From Coriobacteriia bacterium (GTDB lineage Bacteria; Actinomycetota; Coriobacteriia; Coriobacteriales; UBA8131), in the NCBI GenBank assembly GCA_009784425.1, contig WRBR01000002.1:1-62955 (forward strand): a stretch of 62,955 bases of DNA, written 5' to 3'. A program made the position numbers and the translations under genes. Of the stretch, positions 19,495-30,650 are shown in pieces. Under the pieces are notes generated by a model. The model was given only the letters and a program-made list of their open reading frames with translations, searched no databases and was not told the origin of the DNA. Numbering within the stretch: position 1 is the stretch's first letter; each line of letters begins with the position of its first letter.

Positions 19495-20107
19495 CGATGT
19501 CCTCACACTCGAGCAACGGGAGTTGCTTGGATTTGTTCGACAGTATAACAAGTCATATTATCTAGTCGGCGGCACTGCGATTGCCTTGCAAATTGGGCAT
19601 CGCAAATCGATAGACTTTGACCTATTCACTCACGAGCCGATAAATAGGCTCGTGCTCAAGAAAGCAGTCTCCAACTTTGACCCCGATAGCAGGCTTCTGT
19701 TTGAGGACACAGATCAGATTCACTTCATAATCAATGGGGTAAAACTGACTTTCTTCTCATATCCTTATGAAATTGAGCATCCAATCAAGTTCAACGATGT
19801 AGCAACCATGCCAACCTTGCTTACATTGGCTGCGATGAAGGCCTTTGCGCTTGGACGCAGAGCAAAGTGGAAAGACTATGTAGATCTATACTTTCTGCTT
19901 AGAGATAAGTTCACCTTGGAGACCATCTGCACAGAAGCTGACCGATTGTTTGGAAAGTCTTTCTCAGAGCGCTTGTTCAGAGGGCAGCTTGCCTATCACC
20001 AAGACATCGACTACGGCGAGGCAGTGGACTTCACGCCAGGATATTCAGTTGAGCCTGAATCCATTCGGGCATTCCTTGTCGAAAAATCGCTGGAAGATGT
20101 GATTTGA
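19487..20107 (+). CDS. AbiEii/AbiGii-type nucleotidyltransferase toxin
   Basis: YLVGGTAIALQIGHRKSIDFDLF, AAMKAFALGRRAKWKDYVDLY. Confidence 0.85.
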   Translation: MYDDVLTLEQRELLGFVRQYNKSYYLVGGTAIALQIGHRKSIDFDLFTHEPINRLVLKKAVSNFDPDSRLLFEDTDQIHFIINGVKLTFFSYPYEIEHPIKFNDVATMPTLLTLAAMKAFALGRRAKWKDYVDLYFLLRDKFTLETICTEADRLFGKSFSERLFRGQLAYHQDIDYGEAVDFTPGYSVEPESIRAFLVEKSLEDVI

Positions 20108-20197
20108 CATACTGGGGATGCCTCTATCTACGTCTAACACATCCTCCGTTGTTGTGCCTTAGCGGGCCCCAGCATATCTTCAAGTTTTAAAACGGTT

Positions 20198-20304
20198 GGA
20201 CAAAAGGGGACGGTTCATCTGTCCCGCGGGACAGATGAACCGTCCCCTTTTGTCCCGTCCCCTTTTGTCCCGAATGGGACAGATGAACCGTCCCCTTTTG
20301 TCCC
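20198..20304. repeat. GGGGACGG-loop REP cluster (doublet + partial arm + third unit)
   Basis: Perfect 58-bp palindrome 20198-20255 of unit GGACAAAAGGGGACGGTTCATCTGTCCC, trailing CCCGTCCCCTTTTGTCCC, third unit at 20276-20304. Confidence 0.92.
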
Positions 20305-20426
20305 TCAGGAGCGAAGAGGCTATCGTCACCCACCTCTTCAAGTTATAAGAAAAAGTCAAAAAGAATTACACTAGTGAGCAGTGTTGAATGATACCTCATA
20401 GTACTAGCGCTTAGAGAGGACTGTCG

Positions 20427-21332
20427 ATGAACGATTACGAAGCAAACTCAGTCATTGAATTGCTAGAGACAATAAAGAAGTTTCAGCGCGAATTTGGTGA
20501 GTTGACCGACAGCAAGAGCTTCATATTTCGTGGCGCAAAGGACAAAGAGTATTCATTATTGCCAGGAGTATTCCGTAGTTGCTATCAGAAACAAGCAACA
20601 AAAGAATTTTCACAGGAAACCTGCGAAACTGGTGCGATTCACTCACGATTCGAATATGAGATACTGTCCCATTATAGTAAGAGCGCGCGCGCCTACTTGC
20701 CACCAACTTTACACAAAATTGACTTTCCTTTGCTCCAGTATGCTCAGCATTACGGTGTTCCTACTCGCCTGCTTGACTTCACGGACAACCCGCTAGTTGC
20801 ATTGTTCTTCTGCTGTGAATCCAAGAGCGAGACTGATGGGGCACTTTGGGTTATTAACACTTCGCCACTTAAAAGGTGGTCTGATAACGGATTGCTAGGC
20901 TTTGAGGGTGTTTTCTCTGTTGAGGGGTATATCCATGACTGGTCACTTGAACAGATAACCGATAGCGTCATGTCAGAAATCTCTTCCCGCTCTGACATTG
21001 TGCGACCCTTCCCAATAGTACAACGACCTGTTTTCTTTATTCCACCCTATATTGATCAACGGATGAGCGCGCAATCTAGTTGCTTTTTGATATGGGGGCG
21101 CCAACATGAGCCTCTTGAGTCTATAGCAGATGCTAGTAATCTTATGCAGCTTAATGGCATGAGGTCTGATGATAATGGCGATCAGAGGTTTCTCGCAAGA
21201 ATTATTATCCCTGCGCCCAAGAAGCGCAGCATAATGAAAGAGCTAGACGTGCTCGGTGTAAACGAGAAACTGGTATTTCCAGGACTAGATGGAATTGGGC
21301 GTTATATTGAAAAACACTATAGGCATGCTTGA
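20427..21332 (+). CDS. FRG domain protein
   Basis: FIFRG, QHYGVPTRLLDFT, PLVALFF, RMSAQSSCF, VFPGLDG. Confidence 0.88.
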   Translation: MNDYEANSVIELLETIKKFQREFGELTDSKSFIFRGAKDKEYSLLPGVFRSCYQKQATKEFSQETCETGAIHSRFEYEILSHYSKSARAYLPPTLHKIDFPLLQYAQHYGVPTRLLDFTDNPLVALFFCCESKSETDGALWVINTSPLKRWSDNGLLGFEGVFSVEGYIHDWSLEQITDSVMSEISSRSDIVRPFPIVQRPVFFIPPYIDQRMSAQSSCFLIWGRQHEPLESIADASNLMQLNGMRSDDNGDQRFLARIIIPAPKKRSIMKELDVLGVNEKLVFPGLDGIGRYIEKHYRHA

Positions 21333-21514
21333 GCAGTGAGAGCAAGGTTAATAGATCTTCTTCAGGGAAATCTCTACCTCATTTGTTTTCCGCAATTAGG
21401 AGCGCTCCCCGCACTATGTACTTAGAGCCTTGCTCCAGGCACATTGTTCATCGGCGAAAACTCAAGTGATTGTTGATACGGAATAACCGGCGTGTTTTTA
21501 AAAGCGATTTCAAT

Positions 21515-22295
21515 TTATTTGGCATAGAACTTCTCCCATAAAAATCTTGCATAGACAACGTATGCACCATATACTTCGAAAGCTATGTCGCGCTGCTTAA
21601 CTAGAAGACCTAACAGTTCAGGCATTTGCATAGGTTGCTCAACACCATACGCAAGCCCATTATCAAGGAGTGTTACTTTTCCAGACAGCCCAACTACCAT
21701 TCTCTTAGAAAACGAATGATGAAATGCATTTCTTAAGTCGCCTGTTGCCTCTACATGTGATTTGTCATTAAGCTGATCCAGGAAGGCCTTCAGCCCATCC
21801 CACTCTCCCGATGTGATAACTCTTTTTCTTACTAAGCGCTTTTTTCCGCTCCTGCAATCAAGGATGTCCAATACACATTTTATGATTTCTGAGTCATCAA
21901 TAGAGGACGCTGCAATCGATGACAGAATACCAATCGATTCATAGAATTGTTCGCTCAGTGAACATGGAGATCCCGCTGCTCGTGGAATAAGTGAGTCTGG
22001 GTGATTGAGCAAAGCCAGTGATTTTTCTCCAACTGACATTTCTTCTATTACGATTTGCCATGCCTGTAAAGACGACAAGTCATAGCTAAATTGCCTCAGA
22101 GCATCAACCAGCGCGTTGGATAGATGAAAAATGCCGAAAGAGCAGCTTTCCCTTAAGTATTGGGCTAATTGATATCGTTTCGGGGGTTATTCGCAGCTCT
22201 TTAATTGGCTTAAAAGAGCTAGTTTCTTCATAGGTTTTAAGAAAACTCGCATAAACACTTAACGAGTCTTCCAAGAAGCTACTATCGTTTGGCAC
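21515..22295 (-). pseudogene. Frameshifted HEPN-like (RxxxxH) protein
   Basis: GGAGG RBS + GTG 22295; the 63-aa frame overlaps a second open frame (open from about 22190) that runs into the 187-aa ORF containing LRNAFHH. Confidence 0.55.
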
Positions 22296-22833
22296 TGGCT
22301 CACCTCCGAAATAATCACTCTAAATAAAAGTTTAATCGATACTGCCTTCGACATTCACTCAACTGCCTAGAAAAACAAGGTAAAGTCGAGGGTCGCTGGG
22401 GGCTCCACAGTGACTCAATAAAACCATTACGCGGAAAACACCTATCCTTCTGCAGCTCCAGATTCACCTGCACCACTGTCTCAACATGCAGCACCTCTAT
22501 TGGCATGCCCTTGCTCACGCCAAGGCACATGTGGAAGGCTAGCCTATGAAGATGTTCAAATGATTCTTTATAGATAGCAGAGTATCTAATTCGTGAAAAG
22601 AGGCTACGGGTCAAAACAAAGCGCAGTTTCAATATTTTTACTTAGGCGCTTGGCCGGGCATGGTATCGGACTGGAGCGCTTAGGCTGTTTACCGGGCAGT
22701 TTTTCGCGTGATTATGGGACGCGGGATTGGAGCGCTAGGAAGTCAGGAGACTTTGCAGATACTTGAGTTCACGCACTCGACGGAGTTGGAGGCATACACT
22801 AGCTTCCTGTTCAATACCGCCTAGCTATAGGAA

Positions 22834-23751
22834 TCATATCTTTTTGCCTTTTAAGTCGAGATAGTGATAAGTGATATTTCCAGGAAGTTTGCACGGAACA
22901 TAAATATCCAGATCCTTAAGGGCGCTGACCAAGGGACCCTTCATATCTCCTTCGCCAGTTTTTTCCAAGGGCTCATCTAAGATTAATATAGCCCCCAGCT
23001 CACCAGAATCTACAAGCCATTCAATCTGCACTGCTAGCGGTCTTGGACCATCGGTCTTATCAACATCAGTGCGGTAGTTGTTGGCAGTGAATATCAAATA
23101 AGTATCTCCGATGTCAGCCTCATCGATTAGAACGAGTTGATTGATTACATCGTCTGTTGAGTTTATCTCTTCAATTTCGGTAACCAGTAGATACTCAGCA
23201 ATGCCAGACTTAATGATTATTTCATCGTTTACCAGCGCATCCTGTTTTTCAGTAGGCTGGTTGGTTCCTTTGTATACAAAATCTCTGATTTCCTGCTCAC
23301 TCAGAGGAACCTTGACACTTAGCGCTCGTGGTTTATTAGCAATCTCAAGTTTCCATCCAAGTTTTATTGAGTTCGGGCGCGTCGGATAGCGCCCGTTAGC
23401 ATCAATAAGCTCTTGCTTTCGGAAAGCATCTTCAATAGATAGAATTGCTTCCCTGATTATCGTTGACCAATTAGGTCCGAAATATGCCTCTGCAATAACA
23501 GCGCTAACCTTATTCTGTTGAAACTCGCTGGTACTTCGTGTTTTCACTGAGATTTTTAGCTGGACAGTCTTACCCGATTGACTAGATCCCTCAACAAAAA
23601 CATCAGTCTTGCACTCGCCGCCTCCTGCAGAAGGTCTTGGCTTTGCAGCTCTGTCCACAAGATACTTTGTGCCTTTAAGGAAAAAAGGTTGATGATATTC
23701 AAACTGTGACAAAACCCAATCTTCCAATTGACCATATGCTTTTCGAGTCAC
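22834..23751 (-). CDS. Putative type II restriction endonuclease (PD-(D/E)xK-like)
   Basis: GECKTDVFV...LKISVK pattern; divergent from a C5 methyltransferase; AGGAG RBS. Confidence 0.6.
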   Translation of the reverse strand: MTRKAYGQLEDWVLSQFEYHQPFFLKGTKYLVDRAAKPRPSAGGGECKTDVFVEGSSQSGKTVQLKISVKTRSTSEFQQNKVSAVIAEAYFGPNWSTIIREAILSIEDAFRKQELIDANGRYPTRPNSIKLGWKLEIANKPRALSVKVPLSEQEIRDFVYKGTNQPTEKQDALVNDEIIIKSGIAEYLLVTEIEEINSTDDVINQLVLIDEADIGDTYLIFTANNYRTDVDKTDGPRPLAVQIEWLVDSGELGAILILDEPLEKTGEGDMKGPLVSALKDLDIYVPCKLPGNITYHYLDLKGKKI

Positions 23752-24148
23752 ATCAAACTCCTTCCATCGCCACTGATTGCAAGTTAGAATACCCTAAAGT
23801 TTATCATGAGGTCGATATGAGAACAGTGGAGCCTATCATGAAAAATGTGAAGGCAATAATAAAACTATCTGGTCAGGAAAAACTATCCAGTTTGCACACA
23901 GGTCGACTGAAAGAAGAGAATATGAAGATTCATTGCGCAATTAGCACAGGGAGTCAATTCGGTGCTATTATTGACTAAGACACATTAGGAGAGCATGAGC
24001 GGCGTTGGCGCAATTAATAATCTTAAAAGCTGCTGGAGATGACAGCTCGGGTTTGACGGCAAAAGATGCCATGATTGCGGATTCAAATGGCGGCTCAAAG
24101 CAAGTTGCTGCTAAACTCATTAGCATGAAGAAGTGACAAGGTGATTTG

Positions 24149-25198
24149 ATGAAACTAATTAGCTTATTTACTGGTGCTGGCGGACTCGACCTAGGGTTTG
24201 AGAAGGCGGGATTTACTATTGTTGCCGCAAATGAGTTTGATAGAACAATTTGGTCTACGTACAAGCTTAATCATCGTGCCCCGCTGATAGAGGGCGACAT
24301 CAAGGACATTGCCTCGGACTCTTTTCCATCATGCGACGGAATCATAGGAGGTCCGCCGTGTCAGTCATGGAGCGAGGCAGGCGCATTAAGAGGGATTGAA
24401 GATCCAAGGGGGCAGTTGTTTTATGAGTACATCAGAATTTTAAAGAATAAGAGCCCATTATTCTTTCTCGCTGAAAATGTTAGTGGCATGATGGCTAAGA
24501 GGCACAATCCTGCAGTGGCAGAAATTACAAAACAGTTTGCATCTGCCGGGTACGATGTGTTCATTAAAATGCTAAACGCAAACGATTTCGGCGTTCCACA
24601 AGACAGAAAAAGGGTCTTCTACATTGGGATTCGCAAGGACCTTGGCGTTTCATTTAGTTTCCCTGAGCCCTTGAAGCACAAGCCGGCGCTGATAGACGCA
24701 ATTTGGGACTTGAAAGATTCCGCCATCCCGGCACTAGATCGACAAAAAACAAATGGTGATCTCTGTGCTTTTAAAAACCATGAGTACATGACGGGGAGCT
24801 TTTCGCCCATTTACATGTCACGCAATCGTGTCAGGAGTTGGGATGAACCATCGTTTACTATTCAGGCAAGTGGGCGCCAGGCGCCTTGTCATCCCCAAGC
24901 GCCAAAGATGGTTGAGGTTGCCAAAGACATCAAGAAGTTCGCTGAGGGCAAAGAAGGGCTCTACAGAAGACTTACTGTAAGAGAGTGCGCTAGAATTCAG
25001 GGGTTCCCAGACAGTTTCCATTTCGAATATGAATACCTGAACAACGGATATAAGATGATAGGCAACGCGGTCCCCGTTGAGCTGGCTTACCATGTGGCTT
25101 CTGCGATCCGCGCTGCGTTGCTAGGCAAAGAAAAACTGGGCAACCCGGTAATTGAAATAATGCGCCCTGTGACTCGACAGATGGCTGTAGCGCATTAG
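24149..25198 (+). CDS. DNA (cytosine-5)-methyltransferase, M.HaeIII-like (probably GGCC)
   Basis: [25 protein letters not shown], target-recognition region MSRNRVR...TIQASGRQ...[14 protein letters not shown]; closely recalls M.HaeIII. Confidence 0.93.
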   Translation: MKLISLFTGAGGLDLGFEKAGFTIVAANEFDRTIWSTYKLNHRAPLIEGDIKDIASDSFPSCDGIIGGPPCQSWSEAGALRGIEDPRGQLFYEYIRILKNKSPLFFLAENVSGMMAKRHNPAVAEITKQFASAGYDVFIKMLNANDFGVPQDRKRVFYIGIRKDLGVSFSFPEPLKHKPALIDAIWDLKDSAIPALDRQKTNGDLCAFKNHEYMTGSFSPIYMSRNRVRSWDEPSFTIQASGRQAPCHPQAPKMVEVAKDIKKFAEGKEGLYRRLTVRECARIQGFPDSFHFEYEYLNNGYKMIGNAVPVELAYHVASAIRAALLGKEKLGNPVIEIMRPVTRQMAVAH

Positions 25199-25953
25199 AT
25201 GGCTTTATGGTAACCCTTAAGATCACCAGCAAGCGAGAAGAAACCTTTATTCACTATACTCAGAAGAATTACTGCTGACGTTAAGCAATTCCAAAGATTT
25301 GCAGACAGTTTACGCGTCACTCATTCGCGCCAATCTTCAGAAGGTCAGTCTAATTATTCAAAGAATGACTTGATATTTATGTGCTGAAATGGCACGCCGG
25401 CAGTAGCGGAACAAGCGTTTATCCTTGCTCAAAGGGAGTTGTCGTTCTGAGCAAATGAGTCGAAGTAAGATTAATTCGGTTTTCACAAGAGAAGAATAAT
25501 ACCCTTGGATCATCAGTGATCTTGTCTTCCAAGGAAGCACGTGGCACTATAACTGAATAGACGTTTTGGCCTACGTTTACTTTGGTAAAGTTAGAAAGAT
25601 GATATAAAAACCCGTCCCCAAACTGCTCCAATATATCTGCAAGTTTTAAAACGGTTGAGAATTGGTTAAGAGCGGGTTAAGAATTCGTCTGTAAAACACC
25701 ATGAAGGGTTGCCAAAAAACACTGCTGAGACGCTTTTTTCTCTCGCCCAAGAGTCGGGACTCACAAATAAGAAGAAAATCGCCTGAGAAGGCGCCTCATA
25801 TGCCTAAAAAGGCGCGTTTTTGTTGGTTTTCAACTCCCAAATCGGCTATAATATAATTTCAATGCAAACACTAAGAAAAACGGACCAAAAACGCAGTAGC
25901 AAAGGTTACAAAAATAACCAACAACAAAACACCTGAAATGAGAGGAGTTTGCT

Positions 25954-27897
25954 TTGAGCGTGAGCAATGATAAGAGCGCCCATGTGGGTTATGGCGAAGA
26001 AGATATTATCGTTTTAGAGGGTCTGGAACCGGTGCGAAAACGCCCCGGTATGTACATTGGCTCTACCGGACCACGCGGCTTGCACCACCTGGTTTATGAG
26101 GTGGTGGACAATTCCATTGATGAGGCCATGGCTGGGTTTGCCACGCGCATAGACGTGGTGATAAAAACCGACGGCTCGGTGAGCGTTACCGATAATGGCC
26201 GTGGTATCCCGGTGGGCAAGCACCCCAAAAAGAAGATGTCCACCTTGGAGGTGGTACTCACCATTTTGCACGCCGGCGGTAAGTTTGGCAGCGAAGGCTA
26301 CAAAGTATCCGGCGGCTTGCACGGGGTAGGCGTGAGTGTGGTTAACGCGCTTTCTTCCAAGATGCAGGCTGAGGTCATGCGCGATGGCGGCATCTGGAGC
26401 ATGGAGTTTGAGCGCGGAAAAACCACCAAAAAACTCGAGCAAACAGGCAAAACCAAAAAAACCGGCACCAAGATTACCTTCTGGGCAGACGAGGACGTGT
26501 TTGAAACCACCGATTACGACTCAAACATCCTCACGGCGCGCCTACGCGAAATGGCCTTTCTCAACAAAAACCTCAAGATAACCTTTACCGACGAGCGCTA
26601 CTCTAACGAGGAGGGCACCGGCCCTCTCTACGAGGAGTACCAGTACGCCGGCGGCATCGTTGATTTTGTCAAGTATATAAACGAGGGCAAAGACGTGCTG
26701 GCCGGCCTTTCCAGGCCAATCTATTTCTCAGCTGAGCACACCGATGTGGGCGAGATAGAGTTTGCCATGCAGTGGAACACCACGCACTACGAAACCACGC
26801 TGGCTTTTGCCAACAACATCCATACCACCGAGGGCGGCACCCACGTGGAGGGCTTTAGAAACGGCATCACCCAGGTGCTCAACAAATACGCCCGCGCCAA
26901 AAACATGCTCAAAGAAAAAGAAGACAACATGGTAGGGGAAGACGTGCGGAGCGGCCTCACCTGCATTATTTCCGTTAAGCTCCGCAACCCACAGTTTGAG
27001 GGCCAAACAAAAACCAAGCTGGGAAACACCGAGATTCGCTCGCTCAGCCAAAGCGCAGTAATGCAAGGTCTTGCTGAGTACTTAGAAGAGCACCCCAATC
27101 CCGCCCGCGAGATTATCAAAAAAACGCTGGAAGAAAAACGGGTGCGCGAGGCGGTCTCAAACTACAAGAAAAACCAGCGCAAGCAAAAGGATTCCACGCT
27201 GCCGGGCAAGCTGGCACAGTGCACCCTCAAAGACCCAGAGCTCACCGAGCTCTACATAGTTGAGGGAGACAGCGCCGGCGGCTCCGCCAAGCAGGCGCGC
27301 GAGCGCTCCTTTCAGGCAATACTGCCCCTGCGTGGCAAGATTCTCAATATTGAGAAGGTCAACATCCATCGCTCGCTTTCGTCTGAGGCAATCAACACCC
27401 TCATCACGGCCATCGGCACGGGCATTGGCGAGGACTTTGACATCGAAAAAGCGCGCTACCACAAAACCATCATCATGACCGATGCCGACGTAGACGGTGC
27501 GCATATTCGCATTTTGCTGCTCACCTTTTTCTATCGCTTTATGCCGGAGATGATTGAGCGGGGCTACATTTATATTGCCCAGCCGCCTCTCTACCGGCTT
27601 TCGGTTGGGCGCAAACACGAGTACCTTTATTCAGAGGAGTCGCTCAGACGCGCGCTCAAAAAGCTACCAGAAGGCACCAAATACAACATCCAGCGCTACA
27701 AAGGTTTGGGTGAGATGAACCCAGACCAGCTTTGGGAGACCACCATGGAGCCCAAGAGCCGCACGCTTTTGCAAGTGACCATTGATGATGCGCTTGCAGC
27801 CGAGCGCGTAGTAAGCGACCTCATGGGAGACAAGGTAGAACCCCGCAAGGCCTTCATCCAAAAGTACGCCCGAAGCGTCCGCTACCTAGATGTGTAG
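25954..27897 (+). CDS. gyrB: DNA gyrase subunit B
   Basis: VRKRPGMYIG, EVVDNSIDE, VEGDSAGG, PLRGK, MTDADVDG, RYKGLGEMN. Confidence 0.98.
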   Translation: MSVSNDKSAHVGYGEEDIIVLEGLEPVRKRPGMYIGSTGPRGLHHLVYEVVDNSIDEAMAGFATRIDVVIKTDGSVSVTDNGRGIPVGKHPKKKMSTLEVVLTILHAGGKFGSEGYKVSGGLHGVGVSVVNALSSKMQAEVMRDGGIWSMEFERGKTTKKLEQTGKTKKTGTKITFWADEDVFETTDYDSNILTARLREMAFLNKNLKITFTDERYSNEEGTGPLYEEYQYAGGIVDFVKYINEGKDVLAGLSRPIYFSAEHTDVGEIEFAMQWNTTHYETTLAFANNIHTTEGGTHVEGFRNGITQVLNKYARAKNMLKEKEDNMVGEDVRSGLTCIISVKLRNPQFEGQTKTKLGNTEIRSLSQSAVMQGLAEYLEEHPNPAREIIKKTLEEKRVREAVSNYKKNQRKQKDSTLPGKLAQCTLKDPELTELYIVEGDSAGGSAKQARERSFQAILPLRGKILNIEKVNIHRSLSSEAINTLITAIGTGIGEDFDIEKARYHKTIIMTDADVDGAHIRILLLTFFYRFMPEMIERGYIYIAQPPLYRLSVGRKHEYLYSEESLRRALKKLPEGTKYNIQRYKGLGEMNPDQLWETTMEPKSRTLLQVTIDDALAAERVVSDLMGDKVEPRKAFIQKYARSVRYLDV

Positions 27898-27898
27898 G

Positions 27899-27933
27899 GA
27901 GTTAAGAGTTAAGAGTGAAGAGAGAAGAGTTAA
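27899..27933. repeat. Heptamer tandem repeat (GAGTTAA-like x5)
   Basis: GAGTTAA GAGTTAA GAGTGAA GAGAGAA GAGTTAA directly after the gyrB stop. Confidence 0.75.
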
Positions 27934-27936
27934 GGC

Positions 27937-27983
27937 CTGTCATCCTGAGCGAAGCGCGCAGCGCGTAGTCGAAGGACCCAGTC
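27937..27983 (+). repeat. Family-A repeat, single arm
   Basis: CTGTCATCCTGAGCGAAGCGCGCAGCGCGTAGTCGAAGGACCCAGTC. Confidence 0.9.
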
Positions 27984-28060
27984 AATAAACTCACAAGCAC
28001 GAAAACGCAGTAAAACCCAAGAATGCTTATCAGCAAATAACCTGATAAAGAGGAGATAAA

Positions 28061-30646
28061 GTGGCAGATAGTCCCAGAACACAAGAGCTAGACCTCAGCG
28101 GCTCAACAATCAAACCGGCCGAGATGGCCACGGAGATGCGCCAAAGCTTTCTTGAATACGCAATGAGCGTTATTGTTGCCCGAGCGCTGCCCGACGTGCG
28201 CGACGGCCTTAAGCCCGTACATCGGCGCATTCTCTACGCCATGCACGAAAGCGGCATCACCCCCAACAAGCCCCACAAAAAGAGCGCTTGGACCGTAGGT
28301 GAAGTAATTGGTAAGTACCACCCGCACGGAGACGCAGCCGTATACGACACTATGGTGCGCCTGGCGCAAGACTTTTCGCTCCGCGTGCCGCTGGTAGACG
28401 GACACGGAAACTTTGGCTCGGTTGACGGCGAGAGTGCAGCGGCCATGCGTTACACCGAGGCACGCCTCGACAAAGCGGCTATGGAGCTTTTGCGCGACCT
28501 CGACAAAGACACCGTTGACTGGCGTCCCAACTACGATGAGTCCCTGCAGGAGCCCACTGTTTTGCCGGCACGCTTTCCCAACCTTTTGGTTAACGGCTCC
28601 TCCGGTATTGCCGTGGGTATGGCCACCAATATTCCCCAGCACAACCTGGCAGAGGTCATAGACGCCACCTGCCTGCTTCTCGACAAAGAAGAAGCCACGC
28701 TTGACGAGGTCATGGAGATTCTTCCCGGCCCGGACTTTCCTACGGGCGCCATGATTATGGGCAAAAGCGGCATTCGTGAGGCTTATGAAACTGGCCGCGG
28801 CTCAATTGTAATGCGCGCCAAGGCGCGTCTTGAGAAGACTTCTTCAGGCCGTGAGCGTATCATAGTCTTTGAGTTTCCCTACATGGTGAACCGCTCCAAG
28901 CTCGAAGAAAAAATCAACGACCTCATGCGCGACAAAAAGTTTACCGAGATAAGCGTTTGTCGCGACGAAAGTGACCGCAACGGCATTCGCTTTCTCATAG
29001 AGCTTAAAACCGGAGCCATTCCTCAGGTGGTGCTCAACAAGCTCTATAAGATGACCAGCATGCAAAGCACCTTTGGGGTCAACATGCTGGCACTGGTTGA
29101 CGACACACCCAAGCAGCTCAACCTTATGCAGATGCTGCACCACTACATCAAGCACCAAAGCGAGGTTTTGGTAAGGCGCACTCAGTTTGATCTTAAAAAG
29201 GCACAAGACCGCGCCCACATCCTCGAAGGGCTCATCATTGCCCTCGATAACATCGACGAGATAATCCGTATTATCAAGAGCTCAAAAGACGACGCCGAGG
29301 CACGGGCTCGCCTCATGGAGAGCTTTGCGCTGACCTTGGTACAAACCGACGCCATCCTCGAGATGCGCCTGAGGCGCCTCACGGGCCTTGAGTACGGTAA
29401 GATTGCCGGCGAGCTGGAGGAGCTCCGCGAGAGAATCAACTACTACACCGAGCTGCTCGCAAGCCGCCACATGCAACACGAGGTGCTCAAAGACGAGCTC
29501 ACCGAGATTAAAGATCGCCTCGCCAACAAACGCCGTACCGAGCTGGCAGATGACGCCAAGGACCTGGAGGTTGAAGACCTCATAGCTGAAGAAGACATGG
29601 TGGTTACCGTGACCTCATCCGGTTACGTTAAGCGCCTGCCGGTGGCCACCTATCGCCAGCAAAAGCGCGGTGGCAAGGGCCTCCAGGGCGTCAACCTCAA
29701 GAGCGAGGACTTTGTGGAGCACCTCTTTGTGGCCTCAACACATGACTATATGCTCTTCTTCTCCACGCGCGGCAAGGTCTACCGCCTCAAGGTTCACGAG
29801 CTGCCGGTAGGCAGTCGTCACGCGCGCGGTTCGGCCATAGTCAACCTCCTGCCCCTTGAGCAGGGTGAGAAGATCTCTGCCATCATCACCACCAAAGACT
29901 TTCCGGATGACAAGTTCTTGCTCTTTGCAACCAGCGGCGGCATGACTAAGAAAACTGCCATGAGCGCCTATAAGAACTCACGCCGAGACGGCCTCATTGC
30001 CATCAGCCTGCGCGAGGACGACAGCCTCATCGACGTACGCAAGGTCAAAGAGGGCGAGAAGGTCATCATGGTGGCCTCCAACGGCAAGGCCATCTGCTGG
30101 GAAGAGAAAGAGGCACGCGCTATGGGTCGCGACACTATGGGCGTCAAAGGCATGACCACCCTCGATGACGACCAAGTCATAGGCATGGAGATTGCCCGGG
30201 CCGACTCAGAACTCTTTGTCATAACCGAAAACGGCTACGGAAAGCGCACGCCGGTCGACGACTACCCCGTGCACCACCGCGGCGGCCAAGGCGTCTACAC
30301 TATTCAGATGACCGAGAAAAAGGGCCCCCTGGTAGGCATGAAGATCATCTCTGCCGGCCAAGAGCTCATGATAATGAGCCAAGAAGGCGTCATGATCCGC
30401 GTTAAGTCAACCGACATCTCCCTCCAAGGACGCGCCACCCAAGGCGTACGCGTCATGAACGTAAGCGATAGCGACAGAGTCACCGCCGTTGCCCGCGTAG
30501 CCACCTCCCGCAAAGCCCCCAAAACCGACGGCTCCGAACAAGACGTAGAAGAAAACGGCGACGACAGCAACGGCACCAACACCGAAGCCAACCCAGAAAC
30601 CGGTCCCACAGAACCCGGAACCGCAGAAAGCCCCACCCTCTTCTAA
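28061..30646 (+). CDS. gyrA: DNA gyrase subunit A
   Basis: [30 protein letters not shown], GyrA-box QKRGGKG. Confidence 0.98.
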   Translation: MADSPRTQELDLSGSTIKPAEMATEMRQSFLEYAMSVIVARALPDVRDGLKPVHRRILYAMHESGITPNKPHKKSAWTVGEVIGKYHPHGDAAVYDTMVRLAQDFSLRVPLVDGHGNFGSVDGESAAAMRYTEARLDKAAMELLRDLDKDTVDWRPNYDESLQEPTVLPARFPNLLVNGSSGIAVGMATNIPQHNLAEVIDATCLLLDKEEATLDEVMEILPGPDFPTGAMIMGKSGIREAYETGRGSIVMRAKARLEKTSSGRERIIVFEFPYMVNRSKLEEKINDLMRDKKFTEISVCRDESDRNGIRFLIELKTGAIPQVVLNKLYKMTSMQSTFGVNMLALVDDTPKQLNLMQMLHHYIKHQSEVLVRRTQFDLKKAQDRAHILEGLIIALDNIDEIIRIIKSSKDDAEARARLMESFALTLVQTDAILEMRLRRLTGLEYGKIAGELEELRERINYYTELLASRHMQHEVLKDELTEIKDRLANKRRTELADDAKDLEVEDLIAEEDMVVTVTSSGYVKRLPVATYRQQKRGGKGLQGVNLKSEDFVEHLFVASTHDYMLFFSTRGKVYRLKVHELPVGSRHARGSAIVNLLPLEQGEKISAIITTKDFPDDKFLLFATSGGMTKKTAMSAYKNSRRDGLIAISLREDDSLIDVRKVKEGEKVIMVASNGKAICWEEKEARAMGRDTMGVKGMTTLDDDQVIGMEIARADSELFVITENGYGKRTPVDDYPVHHRGGQGVYTIQMTEKKGPLVGMKIISAGQELMIMSQEGVMIRVKSTDISLQGRATQGVRVMNVSDSDRVTAVARVATSRKAPKTDGSEQDVEENGDDSNGTNTEANPETGPTEPGTAESPTLF

Positions 30647-30650
30647 GCCT

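Larger units (their letters stand above)
20174..25657. mobile_element. Putative defence islet bounded by 25-bp direct repeats
   Basis: ATATCTTCAAGTTTTAAAACGGTTG (20174-20198) and ATATCTGCAAGTTTTAAAACGGTTG (25633-25657), 24/25 identical; visibly more AT-rich cargo; no intact integrase. Confidence 0.65.

Noticed and set aside
22636-22740. Imperfect duplication TAGGC...CCGGGCA...GGAGCGCT in the islet
   Set aside because: Only two short, degenerate copies with unequal spacing; cannot be assigned a function.
23817-24135. ORF starting MRTVEPI, reminiscent of small tyrosine-recombinase N-termini, or a possible R-M controller gene
   Set aside because: No catalytic R-H-R-Y motifs or HTH recognisable in any frame; at most a decayed remnant.
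25358-25631. Small ORFs at the right end of the islet
   Set aside because: No RBS or motif; probably decayed sequence.
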